From a virus (lineage: Duplodnaviria > Caudoviricetes): a DNA stretch of 39,075 bases. The notes under the pieces are model-generated. The model had not been told where the DNA came from and did no database searches. It saw nothing but the letters and a program-made list of their open reading frames with translations. Numbering within the stretch: position 1 is the first letter of the stretch; every line of letters starts with the position of its first letter. The position numbers and the translations under genes were made by a program. The stretch is from IMG/VR virus record IMGVR_UViG_3300048857_000027, positions 1 through 39,075 of that record; one strand, written 5' to 3'. This document shows positions 16,511 to 25,903 of the stretch, piece by piece.

Positions 16511-18622
16511 TTACGTCACGACGAAGCTGCCCGTCGCGACTGCCGTACCCGGCACGCCAGATGGGTTGATCGACCGCAGCCAGCCGTAGTAGGTGCCGGC
16601 CGCCAGTGACGTGACGACGCGAAGGTCGGTCGCGCTGGGCGGCCCGTATTCGGTCGCTGCGAGCGTCGCTGTTCCCAAGTCGTTCGTCGTATTGATGTAG
16701 ATGCGGCAGGCGTAGTAGTTGGCGCTATTCGGCGCGGTCCATTGGAAGGCGGCCTCGGCTGGCGTCGACACATCCACGCTGACAGCGGTGACAGGATCAG
16801 GCGCCACCGGATCAGCCGTGGCCGTCAGGAAGATGTAGTCAGTCCATTCGGACTTCGTGCCGCCGCCCCATGCGCGCAGGCGCACCTTGTATTCTTCGCC
16901 GTCGACGAGATAACCCGAGCGAACCTGCGAGGCGCCAGCCTCCGAGAACACCGACTGCACGCCCGTCGAGCCACTAGTGCGGTCGTATTCGAGCTCATAG
17001 GTCAGCGTGTCGTCGACGAAGTCCCACGTGGCATTGATGAATGCCGCGGTGGCGCCGCCAGAGACGACTTCCGTTTGGATCGTCGCGGCGAAGTCGACCG
17101 GCACAGGCACGCCAGTATCCGGCAAGGGCTCGACGGATTCGCCGGGCTCGCCCTCTTCCGTGGCCGCGTTGAAGGCATACAAAGACGACGAAACCAGAAT
17201 GCCTGAGAACGAAATTCGCATGTTGCGCAGGTCGATCGTCACGCTGGACGTGATTTCCACAACAGCCTCGGCCAGCCCCCGCGAAGGATAGTGCAGCGTC
17301 ACAAAGCGCCGGTAAGGAATGTCTCGCGCGCCGTCGGCTGTGTAGTCCGCCACCACCGACACCCGCCTCGCATTGGCACGGACGAAGGTCAGTTTCTGCT
17401 TGCGCTGGCAGTGGTTGTGGCTCTGGATTGCCGCATTCTCGAAAGTCCGCGTGCGTTCCGTGTTGTCGTCGACGACGGCATACGGGTCGCCGTAGATTGC
17501 GGCGTCTTCCGTGATGTAGTCTTTCGCCGTGTTGACGTACCGGCCGCGCACGCCGAGCACAGTGTTTGCTCGGCGCTTGTTCTTGTCGACGCGGATGCTG
17601 TAGACGTTCTTTGCGGTCAATCGCACGTCAGGCGTCACGAACTCGCCGGCATGCACACCGATCTTGCCGTCGGCTCGCTCATAGACGACAAGCTCGGCCG
17701 CTTCGTCCATGATGCGCCCGACTTCGATCGGGTCGTTGCTTGCACGGAACCAGAAGCCGCCGTGATAGCGCTTCTCAGTGCCGCCGCTACGATTCGTCAC
17801 GTTCTGATCGCAGACGTTCGCCGCATTCGCCCAGTCGGGCAGATACATGTTCTCGTAGGCCATCTTGCCGCCGACGGGGTGGCAGAGGTGCCAGAGCCGC
17901 ATCAGCGCCAGGTTCGTCGAGAACTCCCATGTGTTCGGATTGTTGTAACGGTGCGAGCCGGAGCCGCCCTGCGTGCTGTCCTTGCGGGGATCGTAGAGAA
18001 GCGCGCCGTCGCCTACCGCGGAATGCTCCGGCATCTGGTTAGGGAAGACGTCGAGGAAGTCTTTCTGATCGACCGTGCTCACCCGCATGTAGACGGAAGC
18101 GAGCCCGTCGCCGCGGCAGTTGTTATTCCAGATCGTCGGGAATGCCGTGACGACTTCCGAATAGGCAGTCTCGGCGTTTAAGCCGATCTTCGTCTTTATG
18201 TGGACGAAGCTGGTTCCGTCTTTGTCGTAGTGGCCGGGATCGGTGACACCACCTTCGGCGTTGAGCGTTACCTTGTCGTCGTGCAGGTAGTGCTGCACAA
18301 ACCCCTGAATGCGGTGTCCAGCCCACACCATGATGTGGTGCGCCTTGCCGCCCTTCTCCTCTAGGAAGACGTAGTCGCTGCCCTTCTTGGTTCGGCCCAG
18401 CACGTAAGGCAGCGAAGGAACGCTTTGCTTCAGGTTGTAACTGCCGTCGTCTGGTTTCGGCACGGCCGGCTTGGAGGCGAAAGCGCCCTGTAGGGCTGCT
18501 GCGCCGAGTGCCAAGCCGCCGTAGATCAGAGCAGACGTGCCGAGATAAAGCGCGTTCGCCGCGAGCGTCGTGGTCGCAAGCGACGACACGATCAGAGAGA
18601 TCGTTTCAATGATGCCTGGCAT
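16511..18622 (-). CDS. Tail tip/hub (host-specificity-like) protein with C-terminal FN3-like domains
   Basis: 703 aa; PYVLGR, LYDPRKDST, WEFSTNLAL, WANAANVCD, YKVRLRA...SEW; position after the distal-tail genes. Confidence 0.85.
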   Translation of the reverse strand: MPGIIETISLIVSSLATTTLAANALYLGTSALIYGGLALGAAALQGAFASKPAVPKPDDGSYNLKQSVPSLPYVLGRTKKGSDYVFLEEKGGKAHHIMVWAGHRIQGFVQHYLHDDKVTLNAEGGVTDPGHYDKDGTSFVHIKTKIGLNAETAYSEVVTAFPTIWNNNCRGDGLASVYMRVSTVDQKDFLDVFPNQMPEHSAVGDGALLYDPRKDSTQGGSGSHRYNNPNTWEFSTNLALMRLWHLCHPVGGKMAYENMYLPDWANAANVCDQNVTNRSGGTEKRYHGGFWFRASNDPIEVGRIMDEAAELVVYERADGKIGVHAGEFVTPDVRLTAKNVYSIRVDKNKRRANTVLGVRGRYVNTAKDYITEDAAIYGDPYAVVDDNTERTRTFENAAIQSHNHCQRKQKLTFVRANARRVSVVADYTADGARDIPYRRFVTLHYPSRGLAEAVVEITSSVTIDLRNMRISFSGILVSSSLYAFNAATEEGEPGESVEPLPDTGVPVPVDFAATIQTEVVSGGATAAFINATWDFVDDTLTYELEYDRTSGSTGVQSVFSEAGASQVRSGYLVDGEEYKVRLRAWGGGTKSEWTDYIFLTATADPVAPDPVTAVSVDVSTPAEAAFQWTAPNSANYYACRIYINTTNDLGTATLAATEYGPPSATDLRVVTSLAAGTYYGWLRSINPSGVPGTAVATGSFVVT

Positions 18623-18647
18623 GGTGCTCCTAGCCGCAAATACGCGG

Positions 18648-19091
18648 CTACTGGATTTCCCAGGCCGCTAGAGTTTTCGCGGTCATGCGGCCGAAGCCGC
18701 CGTGCATGCGCACAAGCCAGCCTTCGCCGTCATGGATTGCGCCGAATTGGCGATGGATGTTGGATGGGCTGCCGATGACGCCGATGGCGCCACGCACTGG
18801 CCGCTGGACGCGTTTCCCGTTGATGTTGGCAGCACAGGCCGCCACGAGCGGAACAGCGCCCTCGTGGGCCGCTATGACGGCGCGGAAGCCTTCATCGCTG
18901 TCGTAGGTGCCGCGCAGGTGCGCCGCTGGATCCGCGTGACCGAGCCAAGTGGCCCAGTCTGCGAGAACCATGCAGCAATCGACGTGACCAGGCTGCCATG
19001 GAAGAGCGTTGTTGTCGGCGATGAAGTCGGCGAGTTGACACGACTTATGGTGGTCGCCATGCTGAAGTGCATGCAACTTGGAGAGGGACAT
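18648..19091 (-). CDS. NlpC/P60-like tail-associated protein (DUF6950-like); start uncertain
   Basis: PWQPGHVDCCMVLADW...DPAAHLRGTY...GAIGVI...AWEI; syntenic with the lambda K-like position. Confidence 0.75.
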   Translation of the reverse strand: MSLSKLHALQHGDHHKSCQLADFIADNNALPWQPGHVDCCMVLADWATWLGHADPAAHLRGTYDSDEGFRAVIAAHEGAVPLVAACAANINGKRVQRPVRGAIGVIGSPSNIHRQFGAIHDGEGWLVRMHGGFGRMTAKTLAAWEIQ

Positions 19092-19296
19092 GGAAATTAA
19101 GGAACTTCAGCAGAGGGTCGAGGCGCTTGAGCTAGTGCTCAAGAAAACGATCGACGTAATAATCGGCACCAACCCTCAATTGCGCAGCGCGCTTAGTCCC
19201 GCGTTGCGCGACGTAGCCAGCGGACAACCGGACGGACCCACCAAGGATATGATTGAACGACTTCTTTCTCTTCCCGAACGGCAGAGTCAGCAATAA
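19090..19296 (+). CDS. Small antisense hypothetical protein (coiled-coil start)
   Basis: GGAGAGGG RBS then MEIKELQQRVEALELVLKK; natural-looking 68 aa. Confidence 0.6.
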   Translation: MEIKELQQRVEALELVLKKTIDVIIGTNPQLRSALSPALRDVASGQPDGPTKDMIERLLSLPERQSQQ

Positions 19297-19393
19297 TCTC
19301 TGCCAGCCAAAGCGGTATCGGCCATTCAGGCGGCGTCGAATTGAGCGGGGCTTTACCCAAGCCCCAATCCTCGAATGTCTTTTCTTCTGCCAT
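19193..19393 (-). CDS. Small hypothetical ORF or gene fragment
   Basis: AGGAG RBS directly after the upstream stop; its 3' half overlaps the opposite-strand ORF. Confidence 0.35.
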   Translation of the reverse strand: MAEEKTFEDWGLGKAPLNSTPPEWPIPLWLAEIIADSAVREEKEVVQSYPWWVRPVVRWLRRATRD

Positions 19394-19402
19394 TTCGGTC
19401 TC

Positions 19403-19975
19403 CTACCAGTTAGGCCACTTGATAACCTGATCTCGCATCAGCGGCACGCGCTTGCAGAACTCGTCGTCTGCCGCAGATGGATTCAAGATAGCTGAGCGCG
19501 CCCGCTGGTCGACGTCGGAAAGAACGGCGCCGTTCGTCACAGTGCGCAGCGTGAAGCGGTTGGTGATTTCGATATTCACCATTGAGCGGATGTTCTCACC
19601 CGAAGCCTCGTCAACAACGTCGAGGTTGTCGATCTCTCCGGTAAACACGACAATCGGATCGCCGTCGGGCTGCTCGTCCTCGTCGAGGATTTGCAGTTTC
19701 ACCACGAACGGCGATCCTTGCACCGAGCTCGTCTCGTCGTAATCCCAGATGCTATCGGCAGCCGATTGGCTGATCGAGATGAGCGACAGCGCCAGCGTGA
19801 ACGCCTCGCCGTTGATGGCCGCCTCGATCGACTGCAGCGCGTCCTCTGTGAACTGCGCCGGCCGATAGATATTTCCTTCGCCGTCGACGAACCTGGCGCC
19901 CGAGCCATCCCACACACGAATGGTCTCTTCCGGAAGCTCCGCGTCGCAAAGGATGCGTAGCGATTTAATTGCCAT
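19403..19975 (-). CDS. Minor tail (hub/L-like) protein
   Basis: IRVWDGSG...SDVDQRAR...DEFCKRVP...KWPNW; position in the tail operon. Confidence 0.8.
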   Translation of the reverse strand: MAIKSLRILCDAELPEETIRVWDGSGARFVDGEGNIYRPAQFTEDALQSIEAAINGEAFTLALSLISISQSAADSIWDYDETSSVQGSPFVVKLQILDEDEQPDGDPIVVFTGEIDNLDVVDEASGENIRSMVNIEITNRFTLRTVTNGAVLSDVDQRARSAILNPSAADDEFCKRVPLMRDQVIKWPNW

Positions 19976-20141
19976 CGTTTCCGCCTGGTTCGGAGCCCGC
20001 CTGCTTGCGGAAAATCAGCCGCCAACTGTAAGTGGCGCGCCGAATGACTTGGAACGGCTCGTAACCGTTGGCTTCCCACTCATTCAGGGTGCTCTCTACG
20101 GTCGTGCGTTCGTCTTCAATAAGATCAACAACCTTGTACAT
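19965..20141 (-). CDS. Small hypothetical protein (DUF4177-like pattern)
   Basis: MYKVV...ESTLNEWEANGYE...LIFRK; GGGAGG RBS. Confidence 0.6.
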   Translation of the reverse strand: MYKVVDLIEDERTTVESTLNEWEANGYEPFQVIRRATYSWRLIFRKQAGSEPGGNDGN

Positions 20142-20152
20142 GCAGCCCTCCC

Positions 20153-20860
20153 CTAGAGGTTCGACCAATAATCAACCGCCTCAACAAACGAGACCGACGG
20201 CAACGAGAACTTCCCGACCGCGTTCTGGTCGATGTCCATGCCTCTGTCCTCCGCCAGGTGGCAGAGGCACGTCGGCTGGTCGAACTCGAGATCGGCGCCG
20301 GCAGGAATAAGCTCGCGCACCGACGGTGAAATCGGCACGGTCCAGATGTCGCCGCTTATGCTGGTGACAGGTCCGGTTTCGTAGAGCGCGTGGTTGTAGC
20401 TGAATTTCACGCCCACGAGATTGGCGTCGGCGTTGATTATGCGCAGCCGGATAGACGTTGCGCCTACCGGCGTGACGCCGTCGGTGACGACCGAAATGGC
20501 GCCCTGCGTATACGGCGTGTCGTCGTCAAACGGCGAGTCGTCGCTGTGGTCGGTCTCGATGACAGGCTCGAACTTGCCGGAGACATACGGCGCCGACAGG
20601 CTAGAACGGACACGGACCGCGATCAGACCGGAGCGGCCGCCGAGCTTTTGGGCTATGGCGTTCCATGTCTGCCAGGCCCGTCTGTCGCGGTTTTGCATCA
20701 CGATGCCTGAATACGTGACGCTCCAGAATCCCAGGTCCGTGCGGGTCGACGGCTCGATGCCGCCGAGAGTTCTGCCGCCCGATCGGCTGAAGGGAACCAA
20801 GTCTGCCGACGCCTGCTGTGGCGTCAGCACCCCTAGCGGCCATTGGATGATTTCAGACAT
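20153..20860 (-). CDS. Distal tail (Dit-like) protein
   Basis: Directly follows the tape measure gene; IQWP...SRSGGRTLGG...FW...LEFDQPTC...SFVEA; AGGAG RBS. Confidence 0.8.
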   Translation of the reverse strand: MSEIIQWPLGVLTPQQASADLVPFSRSGGRTLGGIEPSTRTDLGFWSVTYSGIVMQNRDRRAWQTWNAIAQKLGGRSGLIAVRVRSSLSAPYVSGKFEPVIETDHSDDSPFDDDTPYTQGAISVVTDGVTPVGATSIRLRIINADANLVGVKFSYNHALYETGPVTSISGDIWTVPISPSVRELIPAGADLEFDQPTCLCHLAEDRGMDIDQNAVGKFSLPSVSFVEAVDYWSNL

Positions 20861-20869
20861 TGCCGCTCC

Positions 20870-23122
20870 TTAACGCCACTCGGCGCCGCCCTTCTGCTGC
20901 TGATATTTTGAGACTGCAGCGGGCGCTTGCTGGTTGGCTGCAGACAGGATCTTCGGTGCCGCCGTGCTAACAGCGGCATTGCTTTCGCGCCTGACGTACG
21001 CCTGGAGTTTCCCGTCGTCGTCGACCGTGACCCCCACCTGAACATCCACAGCCTGTTGCCCCGCGGTACTACGCTTCGGAATTGCAGGCGTCTGGAACTT
21101 AACCGGGATGCTCCGACCATCAGGCAACGGCACGGCCGCTTCCGGTCCAGCCTCGCCGAAGATGGCTGCGGATCGCGAAACACCTCCGCGCGCAAAACGC
21201 CTCAGCGGTTGCGGCCTGCCGTGAGCAGCGATACCGCCCTTGGCAAACGGGAAGATCGCGCCGAGCAAACCGCCGAGGAGCCCTCCGCTTCCGCCTCCGC
21301 CAGGTGCGCCAAACGGTCCCTTGCCGAGAATTGCCGCCTGTGCGACGGCTTCGATGAGGGTGTTCAGGAACTTATCGAGCGCCTTGTTTCCGGTTTCGAT
21401 TTTGGGAATGAGTTCGGAGAAGGCGTCGTAGAAGGCATCTCCGAAGAACTCTGCCTGCTCACGCACCTTGTCCTGGGTGGCCGCGAGCTTCTCAGCCGCT
21501 GACGAGGCATTGGCGTACCCTGCGGCCAGTCCGTCGATTTGCGCGGTGAGTTCTGGCGTAATTTCCTTACCAGCGCTCTTTGCTGCATTCAGCAGATCTT
21601 GCTTTGAAGCAGCAAATTCAACGGCATATCCAAAATCATTTAGAAGCGGGTTTAGCCCAGCTTGCGCTGCGGTTTCTGCCTGAATGGCTGCAGTGCGCTC
21701 CTGAATCTGCTCGATTTCGCGCTGCAGATCGTCGCTACTCCCGGCGCCACCACCGCCACCGCCTCGGCTGCGACCACCTCCACGACTCGGTGGCGGCCTG
21801 AAGTCAGGTAGGGAGACTGGATTGACGACGGCTTTCTTTCGCTTGCCGCCTCTCGTCCTTGGCCCACCCAGAGAAGTCGATCCAGACTCTGGCACGGCTT
21901 CGATGCCGTTCTCGCCAAGCTTATACCCCGACACTGTGTCGGGGATGGCTGCCGCTGCGGCCCTGACTTCGGCAAGCTTGCCGAGCACTTCATTCAGGCG
22001 AGCCACCGCTTCGGTGTTATCGAAGCCTAGATTCGTATTCTTTTCGATTGTCGCCTGAAGCAGCTCGACTTCCCGCTCGAGCGCCTTTACCGCATCCTCG
22101 GCCGGCTCCTTATCAACGTTGATTACGTTGCCTTCAGCGTCGGTCACGCCGGAGATGCGATTCAGGGTATCGAGAACAGAATTCAAGCCCTCGTTGTTGG
22201 CGAGGAAATTCCTGAATGCAGCGTCTGCGTCCTGAATCTTCTTGATCAGACCAGAGACATCAAAATCATCAATGGCGCCGGCCGCATTGTTAATGCCCTC
22301 AGCAAACCGCTCGCTCGCCCCAGTCGACTGATTAAACTCGCGAACGACATTTGTTAGAGACGTCCAGAGATTGTTAGTGGCCTGTGCGATCGTGAATGTT
22401 GCTGTGGCGGCCTTTTGCTCAAGGATGACGGAGCCAGCTTCGAAAGCGCGAAAGAAGGCCTCTGAAGAAATCTGACCGTCTACAACCAACTGCTTCAATT
22501 GCGAAACAGATCCGCCGGCTTCCTTCAGGCCGGCAGCTGCCGCCTGAGCGATGGTCGGCGCGCCTTCAAGGATAGAGTTGAATTCCTCGGCCTGCACCTT
22601 GCCGCTGCCGAGCGCCTGGCCCAACTGCAACAATGCGCCACTGGCGGCCTGCGCGTCCGTACCGGCCACGCGCAGAGCCAAGGCAACGTTGTTGGTGAAA
22701 TTGAGCAGTTCCCCGCTGGTGACGCCAAGTTCCTTCTGCGCCTGCGCCGCTTTGCTGTACAGCGAAGCAAGCGTCTCGATGGGGGCTCCATTGGCTATCG
22801 CCGCCTTAGACAGCCCTTCGTACACACGCTCTAATTCTGCGCCAGAGAGACCAGCCACCTTCAGCGAGTTGTCAATGCGGGTGGCCGCCTCAGAGAGGCT
22901 GCCAAGACCGCGGATAACATCCGTGAAGACGAAGGCGCCGGCAACTGCGGCTCCTGCCTGCACCAGGGATGCGGTCATGGCCTTGCCGGTAGACGCGGCC
23001 TGCTTCTGGATTTGCCCAAGCTGGCGGTTCGTCAGACCCCGTGCTTTGCTGAGAGAGTTTTGGTATCCGCGGAGGTCCGCACTCAACTGGACGACGAGGC
23101 GCTCAAGATCGGTTGCAGCCAT
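20870..23122 (-). CDS. Tape measure protein (750 aa)
   Basis: LERLVVQLSAD start; tape-measure domain ALLQLGQALGSGKVQAEEFNSILE; Ala-rich helical body; FARGG...GEAGPEA C-terminal motif. Confidence 0.95.
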   Translation of the reverse strand: MAATDLERLVVQLSADLRGYQNSLSKARGLTNRQLGQIQKQAASTGKAMTASLVQAGAAVAGAFVFTDVIRGLGSLSEAATRIDNSLKVAGLSGAELERVYEGLSKAAIANGAPIETLASLYSKAAQAQKELGVTSGELLNFTNNVALALRVAGTDAQAASGALLQLGQALGSGKVQAEEFNSILEGAPTIAQAAAAGLKEAGGSVSQLKQLVVDGQISSEAFFRAFEAGSVILEQKAATATFTIAQATNNLWTSLTNVVREFNQSTGASERFAEGINNAAGAIDDFDVSGLIKKIQDADAAFRNFLANNEGLNSVLDTLNRISGVTDAEGNVINVDKEPAEDAVKALEREVELLQATIEKNTNLGFDNTEAVARLNEVLGKLAEVRAAAAAIPDTVSGYKLGENGIEAVPESGSTSLGGPRTRGGKRKKAVVNPVSLPDFRPPPSRGGGRSRGGGGGGAGSSDDLQREIEQIQERTAAIQAETAAQAGLNPLLNDFGYAVEFAASKQDLLNAAKSAGKEITPELTAQIDGLAAGYANASSAAEKLAATQDKVREQAEFFGDAFYDAFSELIPKIETGNKALDKFLNTLIEAVAQAAILGKGPFGAPGGGGSGGLLGGLLGAIFPFAKGGIAAHGRPQPLRRFARGGVSRSAAIFGEAGPEAAVPLPDGRSIPVKFQTPAIPKRSTAGQQAVDVQVGVTVDDDGKLQAYVRRESNAAVSTAAPKILSAANQQAPAAVSKYQQQKGGAEWR

Positions 23123-23170
23123 TCGCTTTACGCCTTATGATTGATCCACGCACGACCCCCGGGGGGCGGC

Positions 23171-23461
23171 ATGAAGAAGACTGTTCTGGCCGCAGTTGCG
23201 GCGATATTGCCGGCTGGCGCTTCAGCCAACGAGATTGAAGACGCGATGAAGCGAATTGGCCCCGCTTACATGTGCGGGCCATCGCATGAATACCGCGAGG
23301 CTTTAGATGAACTGAGGCAGGCGCTCGTAGATGCCGGAGTTCCGGAGACGTTGGCTGGATACGCGATTGACGGTGTATCCGACTTCGTCACTAGGGAGCA
23401 TGCTGCCAAGCGCCAAACGATAACGGCTAAGGAATGCGCAGAAGTATACGGCAGGGCTTAA
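23171..23461 (+). CDS. Small exported protein (moron)
   Basis: Signal peptide MKKTVLAAVAAILPAGASA, two Cys; antisense to the tail operon; stop codon overlaps the opposing stop (TTAA). Confidence 0.78.
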   Translation: MKKTVLAAVAAILPAGASANEIEDAMKRIGPAYMCGPSHEYREALDELRQALVDAGVPETLAGYAIDGVSDFVTREHAAKRQTITAKECAEVYGRA

Positions 23462-23715
23462 AACCCGCCTTCTTCCTTTGACTGCAGCCAATTCCAAAGG
23501 TCATCCGCCTCGGCGTTCGACATCTTCTCTTCGCCGCCGCCGTTCGCCTTCACGTAGCCATCGAATGCAGCCATGAATTGCCACATAGACATTGCATTCA
23601 CCTGTTGCGGAGTGAATCCCATTGCGGCGCCAACTCCGTAGATAGAAGCAAAGCGGATCTTGCCGTTCGGCAGATCGTCTACGTTGCTTCTGGAGCTGGC
23701 GCCTCCGGCTCCCCC
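23458..23715 (-). CDS. Tail assembly chaperone C-terminal extension (gpT-like), reached by -1 frameshift
   Basis: The -1 frame is open from G GGG GAG (23715-23709) through IYGVGAAMGFTPQQVNAMSMWQFMAAFDGY to TAA at 23458. Confidence 0.75.
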   Translation of the reverse strand, partial: GGAGGASSRSNVDDLPNGKIRFASIYGVGAAMGFTPQQVNAMSMWQFMAAFDGYVKANGGGEEKMSNAEADDLWNWLQSKEEGGF

Positions 23716-24035
23716 ACAGGTTCCTCTGGCGCCCCTAGAAGCCCGGCGGAAATAACCGCGATTGCGATCGGGTGGCTTTCCAGAGGCGGTCGGCGCTCCA
23801 CGTACTGCCGCACCTTCATTAGCGCTTCCGCAGGTGGCAAGCCGCCACCCACCAGTCCGAGGCGAATGACGTTGGCAATATCCTCAACGCGCCACTGGTG
23901 CGAATGCAGGCGATGCAGGATCATGTACGGGCCGGCGTCGCACTCCTCCTGCAAGGTGGCGAGCTCGCCCCAGCCCAGACGGAACGAATACGTCCCGTCG
24001 GCGAAGTCGAGCTCAATTCTGGCGTCGCGAGCCAT
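23679..24035 (-). CDS. Tail assembly chaperone (gpG/GTA-gp10-like)
   Basis: MARDARIELDFADGTYSFRLGWGELATLQE...IRLGLVGGG; lies between the tail tube and tape measure genes. Confidence 0.87.
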   Translation of the reverse strand: MARDARIELDFADGTYSFRLGWGELATLQEECDAGPYMILHRLHSHQWRVEDIANVIRLGLVGGGLPPAEALMKVRQYVERRPPLESHPIAIAVISAGLLGAPEEPVGEPEAPAPEAT

Positions 24036-24472
24036 TAGAACGTATCCGTGCGGACCAACTCTCCGTCGGATTGCATAGAGACGTTGAGCGTTACACGACC
24101 ACCTTGCTCCGCGCCAATTTCCAGAGATTCGACGTGCATCCTGCCGGTCCAAGTAACAGTGCCGGTCGAGAATTCGATCTCAATCTTGATCGCTACGGAC
24201 TCGGTGCTTTCATAGCCGTCCAGCCAGGTCTCAACCGCGGATGCAGCTAGAACTCCCTCGCCGGAAACAGACGCCGAAATGCTCTCCACATCGCGGCCCA
24301 ACACTATGGGCTTGTCGGGGTCTTCGCAGTCCGGAAGGGCTACTTCGGAAAGCGACTTGGTGAGCGAAAGTGACTTCGAAGTGAAGCCGCAAGGAGCGGT
24401 GTAAGTGCCGGTGCCGGCGAGGTCCAAGAGGACACGAAATTTCCCAAAGCGAGCTGTGACCGGGGCGGCCAT
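24035..24472 (-). CDS. Major tail tube protein
   Basis: PCGFTSKSL...PDCEDPD...SVSGEGV...WTG...VSMQSDG. Confidence 0.92.
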   Translation of the reverse strand: MAAPVTARFGKFRVLLDLAGTGTYTAPCGFTSKSLSLTKSLSEVALPDCEDPDKPIVLGRDVESISASVSGEGVLAASAVETWLDGYESTESVAIKIEIEFSTGTVTWTGRMHVESLEIGAEQGGRVTLNVSMQSDGELVRTDTF

Positions 24473-24521
24473 GCGCGTCTCCTATTGTGATTTGGTTGGT
24501 GATGGTCGCGGACGGTGGCCG

Positions 24522-24938
24522 CTAATTGACTTCGAGAAGCGCCGTAACGCTGATTATCGCGCGATTGGTCGCACCGTCGCTTTCGCGCTGGTATCGCGTG
24601 ATGCGGTGGCGAATGCTCGCCAGCGCATTGTTGGGAAGAGAAATTTCAGCCTCGTGCAGCGCGGCACGGACGGCGCCGGAAAGTTTGCGGACCTGAGCGT
24701 CGCTGAACGCCTCACCGCTCCCCCACGACCAGCAATCGATCTGCATGGTCACCTCTAGGCCGTCTATACAGTCCGCGTCGTCCGTCAGCGCGTCAGACGG
24801 ACCCATTGAGATGTATGGCGGCGTCAGAGCCCCATCTGGAGGCCGGTTATAGACGCGAGAGCCGACGAATGACGCAACCGTCGGGTCCGCCTTCAAGCGC
24901 GATATTACGGCGGCCGTTAGTTCATAAGTCGGATCCAC
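24522..24938 (-). CDS. Tail terminator (DUF3168-like)
   Basis: RLKADPTV...RVYNRPP...PYISMGP...QIDCWS...VRAALH. Confidence 0.9.
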   Translation of the reverse strand: MDPTYELTAAVISRLKADPTVASFVGSRVYNRPPDGALTPPYISMGPSDALTDDADCIDGLEVTMQIDCWSWGSGEAFSDAQVRKLSGAVRAALHEAEISLPNNALASIRHRITRYQRESDGATNRAIISVTALLEVN

Positions 24939-25405
24939 TAGCCGCCTCCTGCTGCCACTTCTTTAGCGGATTTGTTGACGGCGCGAGTGATGCGACCCTT
25001 GACGCGCTTCCGATTCGCCCTAAACGAAACAAAGAAAAATGGCTGCGCTGGAGCGCCTGGATGCATGGCGCCTTCGAACATGCCGCCAGCAATGTGTGGC
25101 GCGGCCCCGAACTCCACCAAATGTGCGTAACGGACCTTGGTGTTGCCGGCATAGATGGTCAGCGTAAGATCTCCATCCGACGACTTTAAAGACGCAACGC
25201 GTTGACTGTATTTGGGAGCCTTGCCCCACGTCCAGCCTATGCTGTCGCGAAGATCGCCGCTATCAACCGCCACCAGACTTTTCATCATGGCGACGATTTC
25301 ATTTGCGCCCTGCTGCATCGCCTCACGTATCCGCTTGCGCGCAACAATCGGCAAAAGCGCCAACTTTCTGTTGAGCTTGTCCAGCCCGACGACCTTCTTC
25401 GTCAT
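24938..25405 (-). CDS. HK97 gp10-like neck protein
   Basis: GLDKLNRKL...VDSGDLRDSI...YAHLVEFG...AQPFF. Confidence 0.92.
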   Translation of the reverse strand: MTKKVVGLDKLNRKLALLPIVARKRIREAMQQGANEIVAMMKSLVAVDSGDLRDSIGWTWGKAPKYSQRVASLKSSDGDLTLTIYAGNTKVRYAHLVEFGAAPHIAGGMFEGAMHPGAPAQPFFFVSFRANRKRVKGRITRAVNKSAKEVAAGGG

Positions 25406-25752
25406 GCGTCCGCCTGCGCGCCGATTGTCGCCAGCATGTCGATGTAGTCGTTTTTCTGCGACACGTTCACTGGCGGCGATGTGATCGCGTAGACGGCGCC
25501 AGATCGCGCATCAACTGCCCGCCATGTGGCGTCCAGGGCGCGCGTAGCAACATGCGAGCGCACGCGTATAGTCACAGGCTGCAGCCCTTGCAGGCGCGCG
25601 CCCATGACAGCCTCAGAGCCCATGCGCGGAATAACCTCGGCGGGGTCGGTAAAGACTGTGGCGTATTCTCCGACTACCTGCCCCCCAAAACCGTCATCGC
25701 CGACGGAGCGCTGCTGGAAATGCAGAAGCGATCGAAGCTTGCCTGCGGGCAT
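25402..25752 (-). CDS. Head closure protein (SPP1 gp16-like)
   Basis: MPAGKLRSLLHFQ...DDGFGG...E...IRVR...YAITS. Confidence 0.88.
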   Translation of the reverse strand: MPAGKLRSLLHFQQRSVGDDGFGGQVVGEYATVFTDPAEVIPRMGSEAVMGARLQGLQPVTIRVRSHVATRALDATWRAVDARSGAVYAITSPPVNVSQKNDYIDMLATIGAQADA

Positions 25753-25903
25753 GTCTTGGCCTCTCGGTGAGTTCAGCCTTGCCTGCCGCGACAGATGCTG
25801 CGGCGCAGGCACGTGTGACGTTTTTCACGTCGCCGGCCTTGAAGGCGATGGTGACGGGTGGTCGAGGTTTCCAGTCGTAATCAGCCAGAAACCTCACCCA
25901 CAT
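25694..25903 (-). CDS. Small head-region hypothetical protein
   Basis: MWVRFLADYDWKP...FKAG...AAGKAE; TAATG coupling. Confidence 0.65.
   Translation of the reverse strand: MWVRFLADYDWKPRPPVTIAFKAGDVKNVTRACAAASVAAGKAELTERPRHARRQASIASAFPAALRRR

Noticed and set aside
14059-18622. Diversity-generating retroelement or invertible tail cassette
   Set aside because: No reverse transcriptase, invertase or template/variable repeat pair seen.
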